DNA from: Antedon mediterranea
Taxonomy: Eukaryota; Animalia; Echinodermata
DNA: 64,000 nt
Assembly (NCBI RefSeq): GCF_964355755.1
Contig: NC_092671.1
Location: 22,394,070-22,458,069, forward strand
Direction: 5' to 3'
Shown here: positions 44,232 through 58,310 of the stretch, piece by piece
Layout of the letters: every line of letters starts with the position of its first letter
Position numbering within the stretch: the first letter of the stretch is position 1
Notes under the pieces: generated by a model
Databases searched by the model: none
Seen by the model: only the letters and a program-made list of their open reading frames with translations
What the model was told of the DNA's origin: nothing
Made by a program: the position numbers and the translations under genes

Positions 44232-46249
44232 ACCAGTATTAGCTAGTGATATTGTTTTACCTGATTGGTAATGGTAAATGTCTATTCCACCTTTTTGGTT
44301 TTACCATCTGCAAGCATTCTTGTGACAAAGGGATATCATATAATACTACAATTTTTGTGGCAGTCTTTCACTAGAATAATTAATTGTAATCTTTTTTTCA
44401 TTTTGATTTAGACAATATGTTTATCAATTCCTTTCCGTCTTTCCTTCAATGGAATTCACACCTTCCAATTCTGTATTTCTAGCCTTCATTCTTTGTACCT
44501 CCTGTAGGAAACTTCTCCGAGACAAACCTGTCCCCTCACCCATTCATTAGTTTTTCCCTCTGTACATCTAACTCTTAGAATTCTTCTCCAGTCTCATCTC
44601 AAATGCATCTATCATCAAGTTTTATTGTTCAATTACTGATCAAATAAGACATATTGATTTGGTAGCTGTAACTGGAGGTTTTATGACATATCTGATACAG
44701 CTGTATAACCCATCACCTAGTACTGATATGTTCAAGGAAATATTTTTTCCAATGGCTCTCATACTTATTCATATGTTATATGTTGTGTGTTTTGTATTGA
44801 AACTTGTTGTCATGAAAGCAGTCATTATACATAATTGTGGATATTTTTTTTTAATTTGTCGAAAAGATACAGATATATATATATATATATTTTTATGGTT
44901 CGAATCTTTTCTTAGAGCATTTCTCTGCTTTAAAGGAGAATCAATAAATAAATAAAAAATACAATAACTTATAAATTATTGTTTTCTCATTTAGATCTTT
45001 TAAAAAGCTGAGAGTTTGGTGTGGACAAAAATATGTATACAGACGGCTATCCAGCAGTAACCTGTAGCAACGTCAACATAGCAATCCCGCAGACTAATTT
45101 CTCGCGTATTATTAGGCTAGAGAAATAAAAAAGATATATATATTTATATACATAAAACATCAATGTGAAAAATAATATTATTTATAGCATAATATTAGTA
45201 TTTATTATATTTATGGCAATATAAATGGCGAATGTAAAAAAACAGTAGGCCTATGTTAAGGTAAAATAAAAAACATATATGTTGACAAAACAAGTTTTAA
45301 TTCACGACTAATATACACCCTTAATGTTTTATTTGATTGGTGTGTACTCAAAATTCTCTGCTGCTTAACTAAAAAGTCATGAATTGCATGTCTGCTTTGA
45401 AAAAAAACCACCATAAACACAATTTTGCTTTAATGATAATTAACCAATTACTATTGTTTAGACTTTATTTTTTGGTGGTACCCTTCAGAATAATCTTAAG
45501 TCAAACAAACAATTGATAACATTGTTACCCAGGCCCAGTAGAAAACTATTTATATTGCGAACCCTTAAACAATCTGGGCTTCACAAAACAACCGTCCACA
45601 AAGGATATATAAGAAGATGCAGATGTTGTGTGGCACCCAGGTCTAAGTAATACTATTGAAACTATACAGAAATGGGTATGTTGTATTATCCTTGGAATTT
45701 AAACTAGTCCTAGAAATTCATTCTGCTCTTAAAGGGTTTGATAACTAAGCCTCATTCTTCTGACCTCGTACCTCCCGCTCGTTACCAAAAACATAATAGA
45801 CAAAACCTAATTGTAATAAAATCACTCAATTTATACAAAACCTGATTCTTTAATAGCCCAATTCCATATTATATTCAATTACTTAATGACTCATGAATTA
45901 TATATTGTATACCTGTAGTGACTACACAGAGCAGCCACTCTTCTGATTGGTGTTCTGTTGGCCATCTTCCAAGGATGATGCCATACGCCTCTAAGTTTAC
46001 TGTTTTATGTATTTCTCCTTGATTCATTGATATTTAAATTGCAATTTTTATATTGTAATTTTTTTAATAGTAAATATTCTTATTACATTACAAGCAATTT
46101 GGCCCTTTGAGCCACCATGTGTTGTATTGTTTTATGAAATAAAGTAACAGATACATATGTATAACAACATTGTCATTTTTATATTATTTTGAAAAATGTG
46201 TTTTGTTTAGAAAATTTAATGATATATGCGGTATATAGCTTGCTGTTGT

Positions 46250-47460
46250 TTTAGCTATTCCAAATCCACTGTAAAAATAATTACATTTAATGCAAAGACG
46301 AATGTGAAAAACAGTTCGTTATGGCGAACTAATGAAATTATATTTGTTGACCAATGCTATGGAAATTAGTTTAAACTAGGTCTACACACATTTTCTAGCT
46401 ATTCCAAATCCATTATAAAAAATAATAATACCATTTGTAATGCAAATGGCGAATGTAAAAAAAAACAGACGTTAAGGCGAAATCGCAAAATTATATTTGT
46501 TGACAAATGTTATGGACATTTTAATTTACGACTGCTTTAATATTACTTTCCCTTGATATAGTGTAGTTTAAACTACACACTTGTTCTAGCTATTCCATAT
46601 CCAGTATAATGCAATGTATACCTAGGCCTAAATAGCGAATGTAAAAAAAAACAGACGTTAAGGCGAAATATAACAATTATATTTGTTGACAAATGACTGT
46701 TTTAATATCACTCTCCCCTGATGATAGGCCTATAGTGTAGTCAAAACTACTATCACACATGTTCTAGTTATTCCAAATCCACTAAAAAATAATAATACGA
46801 TTTACAATGCGATGTAAATGGCGGATGTTAAAAAAACAGACGTTAAGGCGAAACAGTAAAATTATATTTGTTGACAAATTTTATTAAAATTTTAATTTAC
46901 GACTGCTTTAATCTCACTCTTCCCTGATATAATGTAGTCAAAACTATTATCACACATGTTCTAGCTATTCTAACTACCATAAAATAATAATACCATTTAC
47001 AATGCGATGTAAATGGCGAATGTTAAAAAAACAGACGTTAAGGCGAAATAGTAAAATTATATTTGTTGACAAATTTTATTGAAATTTTAATTTACGACTG
47101 CTTTAATCTCACTCTTCCCTGATATAATGTAGTCAAAACTACTATCACACATGTTCTAGCTATTCCAAATCCACTAAAAACTAATAATACCATTTACAAT
47201 GCGATGTAAATGGTGAATGTAAAAAAAACAGACGTTAAGGCGAAATTGCAAAATGACAAATTTGATGGAATTTAATTCACGAATGCTTTAATCTCACTGT
47301 CTCCTGATATAGTGTAATTAGTTTAAAATACACACATGATCTATAGCTATTCCAAATCCACTATAAAATACTATTTATGCGATGTAAATGGCGAATGTAA
47401 TGGAACATTATGGAAATTTTAATTCTCGACTGCTTGATCTCACTCTCCCCTAATATATTG
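46250..47460. repeat. Tandem repeat, ~196-bp unit (~6 copies; ~2 copies at 38620-39050)
   Basis: GCTATTCCAAATCCACT..AACAGACGTTAAGGCGAAAT..CGACTGCTTTAATCTC repeated at ~46767, 46963, 47159 etc. Confidence 0.9.
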
Positions 47461-50274
47461 AAGTCAATATACCAAAAGGAACAATAATTGATCTCTTGAT
47501 TAAGAAAATTGAATTAGCAGCCAACGTTTCACCAATAAAAATTATTGTCGAACCCAAGAAAATTTATCATAGGCCTACTTTTTATTAATAATTACGATAT
47601 AATCATGTTTTGTATTAATAATGATATAAATGACTATAATAATTTGTCTTATTTTTTTGTGATATTGTCCCTTAATACTATTTGACGACTCAATTGCTGT
47701 CCATGTCCCTTTAATAGCGGTTGGCTATAGTGTTAAAACATAAAAAAAAACTCGTTTATCGGGAAACATTCCCCTGGAAAGAGCTACCCCCCACCCCAAA
47801 CGAGGGGTTCTCCTATAATATAAATGTATAGGCCCTACACTTAATAGCTTATGAGAAGATAAATTTACTACACAATGTTATAATGTAAAAGAAAAATACT
47901 AGTGTCAATTTTTTTTTTAAATTAACTTAGGCGCACTTTTAGTAAAAAAATGTTGTAAATGTATTATAGAACCATAGGCATCATATTTTGAAAAATAAAA
48001 AATGTCCAAATCATCTAAAAATTTAGTAAAGTACCCAATTTTTATACTAAAGATCAATAAATACATATAAAATTATTGTACCAAATTTGAACAAAATTGA
48101 CATTGGTTAAGTATTTTTCCGCGATGGTTTTTTTAATGATGTTTTACAGTTTTATTTTATCCAAATAATACTAAATATCTATTACTAATAAAAATCTAAC
48201 TTTCCGATATACTGTATTAAAATTTTGGAATTAAATACTCTTTTATGAGTGGAACACACTTATGCTATTAAATATTAAATGTAATGTAATTATTAGTCAT
48301 TAATTCGATATTATTTGACTTTTTTTCCCCTTTTATTTGAAACATACGCGAAATAATAAGAGAGGACGCTGTTTTACTGGTAATAGATATGGTTATTGTG
48401 TGTTCTATTCTTCCGCTCGAGTATTCTTTAACCCCACAGACTACATCGTTTAGATAACGAGATCCTAAATATTTTTGTATTCTTATACTATAGGAAAGGT
48501 GATTCCATTTTGCTAAAGGAACCTTTAGAAATACAATAGCTTTATTTATTTGTAGTTTATTCAACAAGAAACGGAAACTAAATATCTAAATAAATAAAGT
48601 ATAGAAATAATGAATTAAATTAAAAAGTACTTTTAGTACGATAAAATGTATTATCAATGGGCAAAATATGTAGCATTGATGCCATAAAAAATAAATTGAC
48701 AAGTCTCGGTAAATATGTAGGCTTAGCTCGTGGTTCAGTGTAGCGGAGGAAATTCACTTTAGCTGCGTATCCTTATCACCACTCCGCGAGAGAAATTGGC
48801 CTAACGGGTAGGCCTAGGACTTGTAGTGTGGGGGGCCTAGCAAGTCAAGTAGAGTGCCTCGGCCTCCCTAATTAGGTAGAATGTTAAGTTAGACCAGGCC
48901 ATTTTTAAATAGGGCTGTATAAAGGAAATAGTTTTGGTGGTTCTACTTAGGCCTATATATATTTATTTGTATTAAATGATTTACCAAATCCTATTATAGG
49001 ATTTGCCTACTTGAATATACCTTAACAGAAAAATTAGTAATGAACTAATAATTACTTCTACGGGAACAAATTTATCGACGGAGCAAAAAATATCTGCATT
49101 CTTAAACAATAAGTTGACGAGTCTCAAAAAGTGTAGGCCTTAGCCGGCCTTGGGCACGAACCTGCGGGGAAATTTGATTTAGGCCTAGCCTAGGTAGGCC
49201 TATCTGTTGTATTGTATTGTATAGGCCTAGCAATATACACTTTTTATACTTAGATAGGCCTACTAGTTTTTCTTAGAATGTGGAAGGATGTCTTCGTATC
49301 AAATTAGCTTTGGATACAAACTGTTTTTTAAGTGGTTGTAACAATCATAATTCATATATAGGCCTAGGCTAGGCCTAACTAGGCCTAGGCCTATGCCTAG
49401 GCCTAGGTAGGGCCTATATAGGCCTAGCTAGGCCTAACTAGTAGGCTAAGCCACCTAGGCCTATAGGCTAGCCTATTATAGGCCGACCTAGTTGCCTAGC
49501 TAGGCCCTAGCCTAATAAGCCTAGGCTAGGCCTATGACAGATCTGTTTTCTTCTTCTTTCTTTTATGGGAATAGGTTAGGCCTAGCTAGGCTACCTAGGT
49601 AGGCTAGGCCTACCTAGGCCTACTAGAGTATTAGTTACCTAGGCCCTAGGCCTACTAGTACTACTAGAGGCATATGCTAGGAGGCCCTACATTGCAATGT
49701 TAGTCTGTATCAAGCTAGCCTAGGCCTAAGACTCTATATTAATTAGGCCTACTACTAGGTCTAGATAGCAAATTGTTTTTCAGTTGACAGCTTTCTAACT
49801 AGGAAATGTAATTTTGGTTTAAGAGTTATTTTGTTTAGGCCCAGCAGGCTAGCCTACATGTTCATCCTAGTATTACTATTAGCCTATAGGCCTACCGATA
49901 CCTAATAAATACAGTACAATCTCTCCGCATGTCCTATTAAACACCAAACAAGACTATTCAGGGTTATATGTAACAAGTACTAGCAAACGGATGTAGATAT
50001 AGGCCTATATGCTTTTTATAAATCAACTTCAGTTCCAAAAAGTCAATATTTATATAGTTAAAAACAAAGAATATTTAAATAACGCTAACTGTTACGCATA
50101 CACATCTTATTTGATCGATTCAATATACAATATTTAATAATTTGATATCTGTGCTGACTTGTCTGTGTTCTTGGGTGATTATTCAGACAAGACACAAAAC
50201 CGTTGGTCACTGTCTGTACGACCTAATAATTAATAATTAATTTAACATTAGTAGAATTGTTATTGTTTCTTCAG

Positions 50275-52531
50275 AAGAAAAAAATCTCAAAATGACCAAC
50301 AGAAGACGACTGGATATGTGTTTTGAAGCTTCACATATTACAATACAAAGACCCGGATGGACATTTTGCTGTATTCTATTTGAAGGAAAAGGTAATCATA
50401 TAATAGGCTTACTAATATTTTATGCAGTGTAGTGCAATTCAGTTTCAGCTGCATCAGTGGAAAATTCAGAATTTTAACACCGATTTACTGGCTATTGTTA
50501 ATCCGTGTTCCCTTTCTTTCCTAACTGCTGCCTCTATTATAATAATTCTGAACTGGTTCTATTTGGTCTCTGCCATTATCTTCCCCATGGGATGGAATTG
50601 GTGGCATCTACGTTGGCACCTCTCAGTAGTTTATAATACAAGATCTTTGTTTAGCTATAGCTTCATTAAAGGCATATCAATGTGTGTCTGCTGTCCACCA
50701 ATTCTATATGTGTGTATAGCTTTATAGTCTTGCTTCTTAAACCATGTGTTGGCAATCATCTATTTAAGGTACACACATAGCAGCTGCAGAACTTCCTTGA
50801 TATTAACAATAAATAAATTATATAATAAACTATATCAAACAATTAATATTCTATCACTCTGTATTTATAATAATTATAGTTAGTTATAAATTGGTTATGT
50901 GACTCGTTTTTGTTTATTCAGATTAAATTGTCAGGAAGTCTTGAGGCACCAAAATATGTTGTGAAAATGTGAACAAGGGTAACTTACAAAAAATACAGTA
51001 GATGCCTATTTCTTTTCAAGGGAGCATATGGAATTCCTTGTTAAAGACCCCTTCCCTGCAATTTTGGACGTTTTTTGGAAAATAATACATATATATCACT
51101 TTAAAAACATTAAACCATGTCATTCCTTGTCTTAAATGTACGTTTTATGGTAAATTATGATAAAAAGTGAGAAACAATGCACTACCTAAGTAGCTCGCGG
51201 CGATCGAACTCTCGTGGACGGTCTCAGGCCTAGCCTAGCTAGGCTTAGTTTTGTAGGCCTAGCTGGTAAACATCGGTAACGTACGAACATCGTACGCTAG
51301 CTATATACCTAGCCTGACGTTGTATAGTTGCTGCATTAATTGTCTTTCTATTTTTGCCAGACTCCGTTGATACAAATTGGGGAACACCCGGTATTTTCGC
51401 TGAAAAGTTAGGAGTCTTCCATTTGTTTTGGCTTCACGATCGATCGAAAAGTGGGCGAATTACAGGTGAAAAACAAAAATATCAATCCGCGCGCAATGCA
51501 TTTTGGGATTTATAGCGGGCCGCTATAATTATTAAAATCGATTTATTTTTCACATTTTTAACCGTTTAAAGACGAAAAAAGTTATCGCAATAGGACCATA
51601 TAGTATTATTTTTACATTAAATATAGTTTGTGATCTTAAATTAGATCTAAAAAACGTAGGGAATGGGGCTTTAATCTGTGTCCGATGTTCACAAGATGAG
51701 GTCATTTCAAGGTATTTTTCATTTGATATACATTTCTCTTTTGGTAAACCAGATTTTTAAATTTCACATTAATGAGCATGAATTCATTTTGTTTTGATTT
51801 TTTTCTCTACAATATTCAGGAGAATGTTCAGAATGTTGTCGCAACTGGAAAAACCAATCCTTAATTGTATTATAGACAAGGTGTTATATTATTATAATAT
51901 TGTAAATCATATTAGCTGATCATAGTTAATATCAAATTAGTTGTTGTGATTTAAAAAAAAATGCTATTTTAAAATGCTGCTATGTAACTTGGGTGTAGGT
52001 GTAGTAATGTGTCATTGTGTCTTGACACAGGAAACCTATTAATTGCCAAACTATGATTTGATATATTTTTGTTCTCTATTGATTGATGATATGGATATGA
52101 ATCAGAAAATGTGGAGCTGAGCAGAGTTGATGAATGAAAAGCTTCTCAAACAAATTGACAAACTGAATGAAGTGGTTGCTGTATGGAGTGTAATTGTAAG
52201 TTTCATGTTTAATATTTATATTTGATATTGAAATTAATAAATTCCACCCACATTCATGTGATGTATGTTTTGATATACAGTACTCCTATTTCATATTTTT
52301 TTAAATTGGATATTACTGTCAGCAAATTACCTAATTCTGGGATTTGTCTGTTATTATAAATGTTGACTATTGTTGTGTACATATTCACATACATGTGTTT
52401 TTCTGTTTATTATCTGTAGATCTGCCAGATGTTTTACGTAAACATGGCGATTGTTTAGCAGATGTGTCCACCAAACGATCGTCTGTGTTTTCCAGATCAA
52501 TTGCGACAATCTCTGGCAAAAAGAATCCTAG
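50275..52531 (+). pseudogene. Unidentified spliced pseudogene, third copy
   Basis: Collinear with 40313-41953 plus a TTAA-element insertion in an intron. Confidence 0.55.
51045..51670. mobile_element. Kolobok-like non-autonomous DNA transposon (TTAA TSD, AG termini)
   Basis: TTAA|AGACCCCTTCCCT ... AGGGAATGGGGCT|TTAA; empty site CCTTGTTAATCTG at ~34012, 41082, 43543. Confidence 0.85.
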
Positions 52532-53819
52532 GTAATTCATCAAGTTCATTTTACAATTTATCTTCTGTTACAATAGGTGTTCAAAATTAATCATTTTTAC
52601 GCCTTGTATATTTGTCCGGAATTACATAGTGCAGTAAAATAGTGAAACTGAGTTTAAGGTTAGTTGCTCTATTTAATGCTGAACGAATGATCACAGCCTT
52701 CATTTGGAGTGGAGTTGTGGCTGGGTGGTTATGATGCTTGGTTACCAATTCAAGGGTCCTTGGTTCAAGTCCTGTCAGATGTCAAGATTTTTTCTAATGA
52801 CAAATTACAACTCCACTCCCAAAGACTTGTAATAAGAATTTGTTTATGTAGAGCATCTTCTGTATGTTTGTCTTGTGAATAGGATTAAATTGACTTTTAT
52901 TATTAAATACAACAAACTAAATATTATTGTGCTGTCAGTATTTCTTTAATTTATAGTGTGTTGCAATTTCCACTATCAAAGAGTTTCGTTAGCAATATCT
53001 TAATCATCATAATCTCGTTTGTCCACTTATGGTGCCAGGCCTTCTTGTTCTCCACCTTTTTTTCGATCCCCATCTACAGTACTATACCTAGGTCCACTTC
53101 TCTTCCATTATGCTTAATACAGTGTAACCATCTCTTTCTCGCCACCCCCTATTGGTCTTCTACCCACTCCTACTCTTTCTGCTATCCATCCGATTATAGC
53201 ATTTTTCTCCCTCATCTTCATATCCCATTCTATCTTAGCCTGCATTCATGAATGTTATCCCTCATTTGTCTAACTTATAGTTTCACACCTTTCATGCATC
53301 TCATCTCAACAGCCTCCAGTTTCTTTATCTGCCATCGAGTTTCCGCCCCCATGCATGCCTACTGGTCTAGTCATATAGTCTTAAACCTGGCTCGAACTTC
53401 CTTGGCATCTCGTCATATATCACTCCTCTAACATTCTTCCTCACTTCCTGTTCCTTGCAGTCTTCTTTTTTCAGTTCTCTGTTCTCATGCAACCAGCTGC
53501 CTAGATACATAACCTACTTTAGTTGATATCTATATCTATGCCTGAAGACTCACAGATTGCTGGCATGTTACACCTTTTTCTTAGCCTTGCTCATCCTTCC
53601 TATTAGTTATTGTGTTTGTAATTAATTAATTAATTATATTAAGCCTATAATTTAGGTAAATGCTCAATTAAATTATAAATAAACAACTATAAAATAAAAT
53701 TATTTTTAATTTACATTAAAATATGTTTTAAATGTTAATAATAAATTAAGTACAAAGTACTGTAAAATATTTCATCCAAATTGTTAATTAACTTAATCAA
53801 CGGGTAAGTAATATTCCAT

Positions 53820-56800
53820 TAGGTTGCTTCTTTGGAGATTGGAGAAGTTACTGTAGAAAGTCCGGCAGTTGTATACATTTCATAATGGCTTCAGTCCTGC
53901 TATCGGGATGTTTGGTACTTCAGGACTAACAATTCAGGATAATGTAATTCACCACACAGTAGGAGCAGGTAAGCAATGCCAAAATACTTCTCTTTCTCTT
54001 ATATAGTAACTTACATTTTAGATTAATCTGCTGTCCTGTATTTCCTGGTACATATCAAGACTGCTACAATGCTGAAGGTATATCGTGGCCAGTAGGTATT
54101 GAAATCGAGAGCTCCAGAGATGTTATCCCACAAGACAACACTGTGGCAGGCTCTGAGATGGTGATGGTAAGAGAGACTGCACACAGATTGCCAATTTCTT
54201 CATCTGGAAGAATTGGGATTATGGAGTCTTTTTCCGTTGTAATGACTGATCTTGTTCTTGCAACAACATCGGGGTGATGCCATTTGTCATTGAGCCATCT
54301 TCTCTTAGTCATGAAGCTGTTGATAAGTATGTGTGAGAATGGATCGAGTCATCGTTTATAATTGGTACAAGCCTGTTCTTTGATTGCGATGAGTTACCGG
54401 TAGGTTCAGTAAGATTTAACATTAAATAGCATGTAGCATGTTACAAACCAAATACTGTATATATTATGTAATTATTATGAATTAGATTAGATAATGTATA
54501 CATGTAAAAATCATAATAATGAATGAAACAATGTTAATGACGATGAAATAAAAGTGGGAAACCCCCAAAAAAAGAAAAAAAGATATAAACATTTTTATTA
54601 GTCATTTTAAAAGATGTATTTATTTCTGTTTTTCAATTTTTATTATATTGTCATTTTGGGGAACTATTTGCATTGTGTCAAATAAAATCAATGTATAGAT
54701 ATTATATATCCATACTTGACTTTCACTTGAAAGGAAATTTGTCAAAGGACTTTCTTACTCTTCTACCTTCTTTTTCTTAACGTGTACTGATAATGCCATT
54801 CAATTTTGTAATCACTTAATGTATAAATTCTGATTAAAATATTACATTTTCCCATTAACATTTTCATGTAAATATTTCAGAATCAACAGGAGAATGCAGG
54901 TCAAAGTGCAAAACAGCGTGCACCTCGTGGTCCAGAGAACGGAAATGCTGGATTCGTGTGGGCAAATTTCATGTCTGGTGATAATGGTGCTCCATTTTTT
55001 CCATTTCATGGTATACATAATTACCCAGCTATTGCTGGAAGCACAAGATTGCAAAGTATGTAAAAGCATGACATAATCTGGTCTTTACAGGGACAAACGT
55101 AGTCCTTACTTGGACAAACCAAAACTGCCATTGTTTGAATTCTATTGCAGGAAAATGCAACGTTACAATGTATTATACTCATAGGCCTACTGTTTACACA
55201 TGAAGCTGAATGCTTAATTGGATAAACATAAAAATGCTATTGTATCCAAGTTATCACCACCGTAATGTTGAGGTTGTCCCTTAGTAACTGTTTTATCATA
55301 AAATATGTCTTTAGTATCAGAATACATTTTAGGTGAAACTTACCAAATGAATATATTTCAACATACTTATTCATTTACAAATAAAGGTATTTTGCTCTTT
55401 CTTATCAATAGATGTTACATTCACTCATTTCGATACTGTGTGTAATAAAGATCATTACGCTATTATGACCAATCCATCAACTGATGATGGTATCCACCCA
55501 TTCATGTCCGCTGTAGGTACAAAGATGGTAACAGTCAGAGATAAGAACAGGGTTTACATACATATACCTAATTTAGGGTAAGTACTAATAGTATTTATCC
55601 TATATACTGTATCTATGGACCACTTGCATTTATCCAAGGTACGTAATTGTAAATCATTGTGTATCCTTACTTGCTAGTTGAATTATTTTCATCAACCTAG
55701 TAGGCTACACTTACTGTACCTACAATACTTTTCATTTAATCTTAACAGTAAAGTTAAAGACCCCCTTCCCTACGTTTTTTAGATCTAATTTAAGGTCCCA
55801 AACTACAATTAATGTAAAAATAAATATTATATGGTAACTTTTTTGTCTTTAAACTGTTAAAAATGTGAAAAATAATTTTATTCTAGTACTTTTAGCGGCC
55901 CGCTATAAATCCCAACATGCCTTGCGTGCGGATTGATATTTTTGTTTTTCTTCTGTAATTCACTCAATTTTTAATTGATTGTGAGGCCAAAACAAATGGA
56001 AGACTCCTAAATTTTCACCGAAAATACCAGGTTTTCCCCAATTTGTATCAACGGAGTCTGGCAAATATAGAAAGACAATTAATGCAGCAACTATACAATG
56101 TCAGGCTAGGTATATAGCTAGCGTACGATGTTCGTACGTTACCGATGTTTACCAGCTAGGCCTACAAAACTCAGCCTAGCTGTCCACGAGAGGTCATTCG
56201 CCGCGAGAATATATATGTATTATTTGTACCAAACGTCCTAAATTGTAGGGAAGGGGTCAATCCTTCTGATTGCATCGAGATGGATTGTGATGCATTTATG
56301 AAAGCAATGATCAGAGATGAAGATGGTGGAATCCTAGGAGGATCACGCCTGGTTATGTTATTCCAGATTCTCCATACAAGTGGGATAGAGATCCGAGACG
56401 GAGACTTGGTGATTATAGAATTCCCAACATGATGGTCATCGATGGTAGTAAATTTCCTTATGATGAAAAATGTCCACATAAAGGTTAGTTGTCTGCTTTA
56501 ATGCTGAATTTTAGCTTTGTAAACTGCGATTCTTCCCTAAATCTTTCCTCCTATTAAAGTTGCACTCTTGAAACAAGACCAGTCCACTCACCAAGTCTGG
56601 GCACGCAATTTTATTGTGGCATTCCGTTTTCTTTATCCTGACGTCTTCACCAATCTTCATTGGGTCTAACGGTTATGTTGATTTGATCAATGGACCACAA
56701 GGTCACGGCTGGTGTCATGGGTACACATGTCAAGAGCGCATCAGCACGTTTATGAAACTTATGAGATGTATATGAGAGTTCAACGAATCCTCAAACGTTA

Positions 56801-58310
56801 TGACTTCATTTCCTGAACACAGCTCCTGATCAGAAAATAGTTATCAACATCTGGTATGCCAATCCTTAACGCTTAGATGTGAACCATCAAGGTCGCTATG
56901 TCATGCCAAATAAACATGGATGGATGGAGATATGTTCTAATGAGTTCCAGAAGATCCAAACGATCAGTTCATGCCAACTCTTGACTCCAGCATTTATGGC
57001 AAGGACTATTTTGATAGCGATTGGCAGACTCTGTGGATACTTATACGTGGTAGTGACCAAATTAATATCATCACTACACCGGTTATAATGGTTGACGTTG
57101 GTGTGGCTCCTGTTGATGTTGATGATTTCTATGAAGAACATCTTGTTAACAATCTTGCCAGTTTGTTATATATAATAAGTAAATATCTTTCTTTAACCAT
57201 ATTAAAGTATCACATAATCTATCCAGATTTCTTATTTTTCAATTTCATATGTTTAGAAATGGGTTGAATTTTATTTCATTGCCTATTCTTTTAATATCTA
57301 AGCAATAATGAATATTTCTTCCTTACAGGCAATTTAACCCTTGAACATGATGAATTAGTTTCCTTCAAGCAGAAATTTTTAATGCAGCACAAACCGGTAC
57401 TTTGTACGAGAGTCTTGAAGTTGAAGTTATTAGCAATGACCGATCCTTCTCCCCCAGCTGAAGACCCAACAAGGGGTGTGAGAGCAACAAATACAACAGG
57501 AAGTCCAAGTACAGGCAATAAAACGTAAGTCAAATTAATAAGAAGTAATGAGTTTTCTGTAGAGTTACTGTTGTATAGAACTGGCTTGTATCGTCTTGTC
57601 CAAAGTCTTAAATTGTATTATCATGTGTGACTTGCAACAAACATAACCCTATGCCTATATCATTACAAAACAACATAACTAATTGGTTCACAGGTATTCT
57701 GAGAAGCAAGCTGAAGAAGCAGCGTCTAGTGACCCAAGTAGAAATCATCTATCAATTCCCAAGCACAATGAGTATAGTACGTTTACAACAGCTGATGCTA
57801 TTTGAGATTCAACCTTGCATCTCTATATTGGCTACCAGTGTAGATTTAACACAATTCTTTTTAAACTCCAATATAGCTATCAAGCTTTGGTAATACACCA
57901 TATGTTTGATACAAATATTCATTCTACGGAAAAAAGGGAATTATTCAATGATTTTTTTCAGGGTGAAATTGTGCAAAATCTGGGACATTCTTCACATCCA
58001 TGGAAAATGCCCAGAAGTATCTGATGCAGAGCTCGTCAGCAACAACACTGTAGATATAATACATGGCTGGGCCAACTTCACTGATCTTGCCATTAATCTG
58101 TCGGGAAGTGGATACTTTGAATTCAGCATTGTTTATTCCAACCCATCCACGCTAGAAGGTATCAACTCAACGGAGTTTTCTGTCATTGAGGGTGTTTTCC
58201 ACATATCAATCTCAGATCAACAGTAAAAGTTTTGAAGAAATTTGATTTTCAGTTTAATCTAATTGAAGATTTTACAAAAGATATTGCAGAACCTCTGGAT
58301 TCCAAGGTTG
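53820..58310 (+). pseudogene. PKHD1L1: Fibrocystin-L (PKHD1L1-like) pseudogene fragment, copy 2 (longest)
   Basis: FHNGFSPAIGMFGT, DNVIHHTVGA, DVTFTHF..IMTNPSTDDGIHP, KVNPSDCIEMDCD, GYVDLINGPQGHGWC, GWANFTDLAI; exon-intron structure with stops and frameshifts. Confidence 0.87.
55758..56258. mobile_element. Kolobok-like element, second copy, opposite orientation, inside a PKHD1L1 exon
   Basis: TTAA|AGACCCCCTTCCCTAC ... GTAGGGAAGGGGTC; reverse complement of 51045-51670; splits K-V-N-P-S-D-C. Confidence 0.85.

Larger units (their letters stand above)
31900..53620 (+). repeat. Mosaic ~8-10 kb tandem segmental triplication
   Basis: Shared blocks: 32259/41498/52091; 39240/49155; 37365-38720/44917-46345; 31340/34043/44232. 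Confidence 0.9.

Noticed and set aside
47700-48700. ORF 48268..48567 and possible MITE
   Set aside because: No recognisable protein motif, and I could not find TIRs or a TSD.
51045-51670. piggyBac assignment for the TTAA element
   Set aside because: Termini begin AG (purine-purine) rather than CCY, which fits Kolobok better.
52715-52790. Possible tRNA gene
   Set aside because: A and B boxes are present but there is no convincing cloverleaf or acceptor stem; better explained as a SINE head.
53820-58310. Functional PKHD1L1 gene
   Set aside because: Multiple stops and frameshifts, deleted exon parts, a TE inside an exon, and no N-terminal half in the window.
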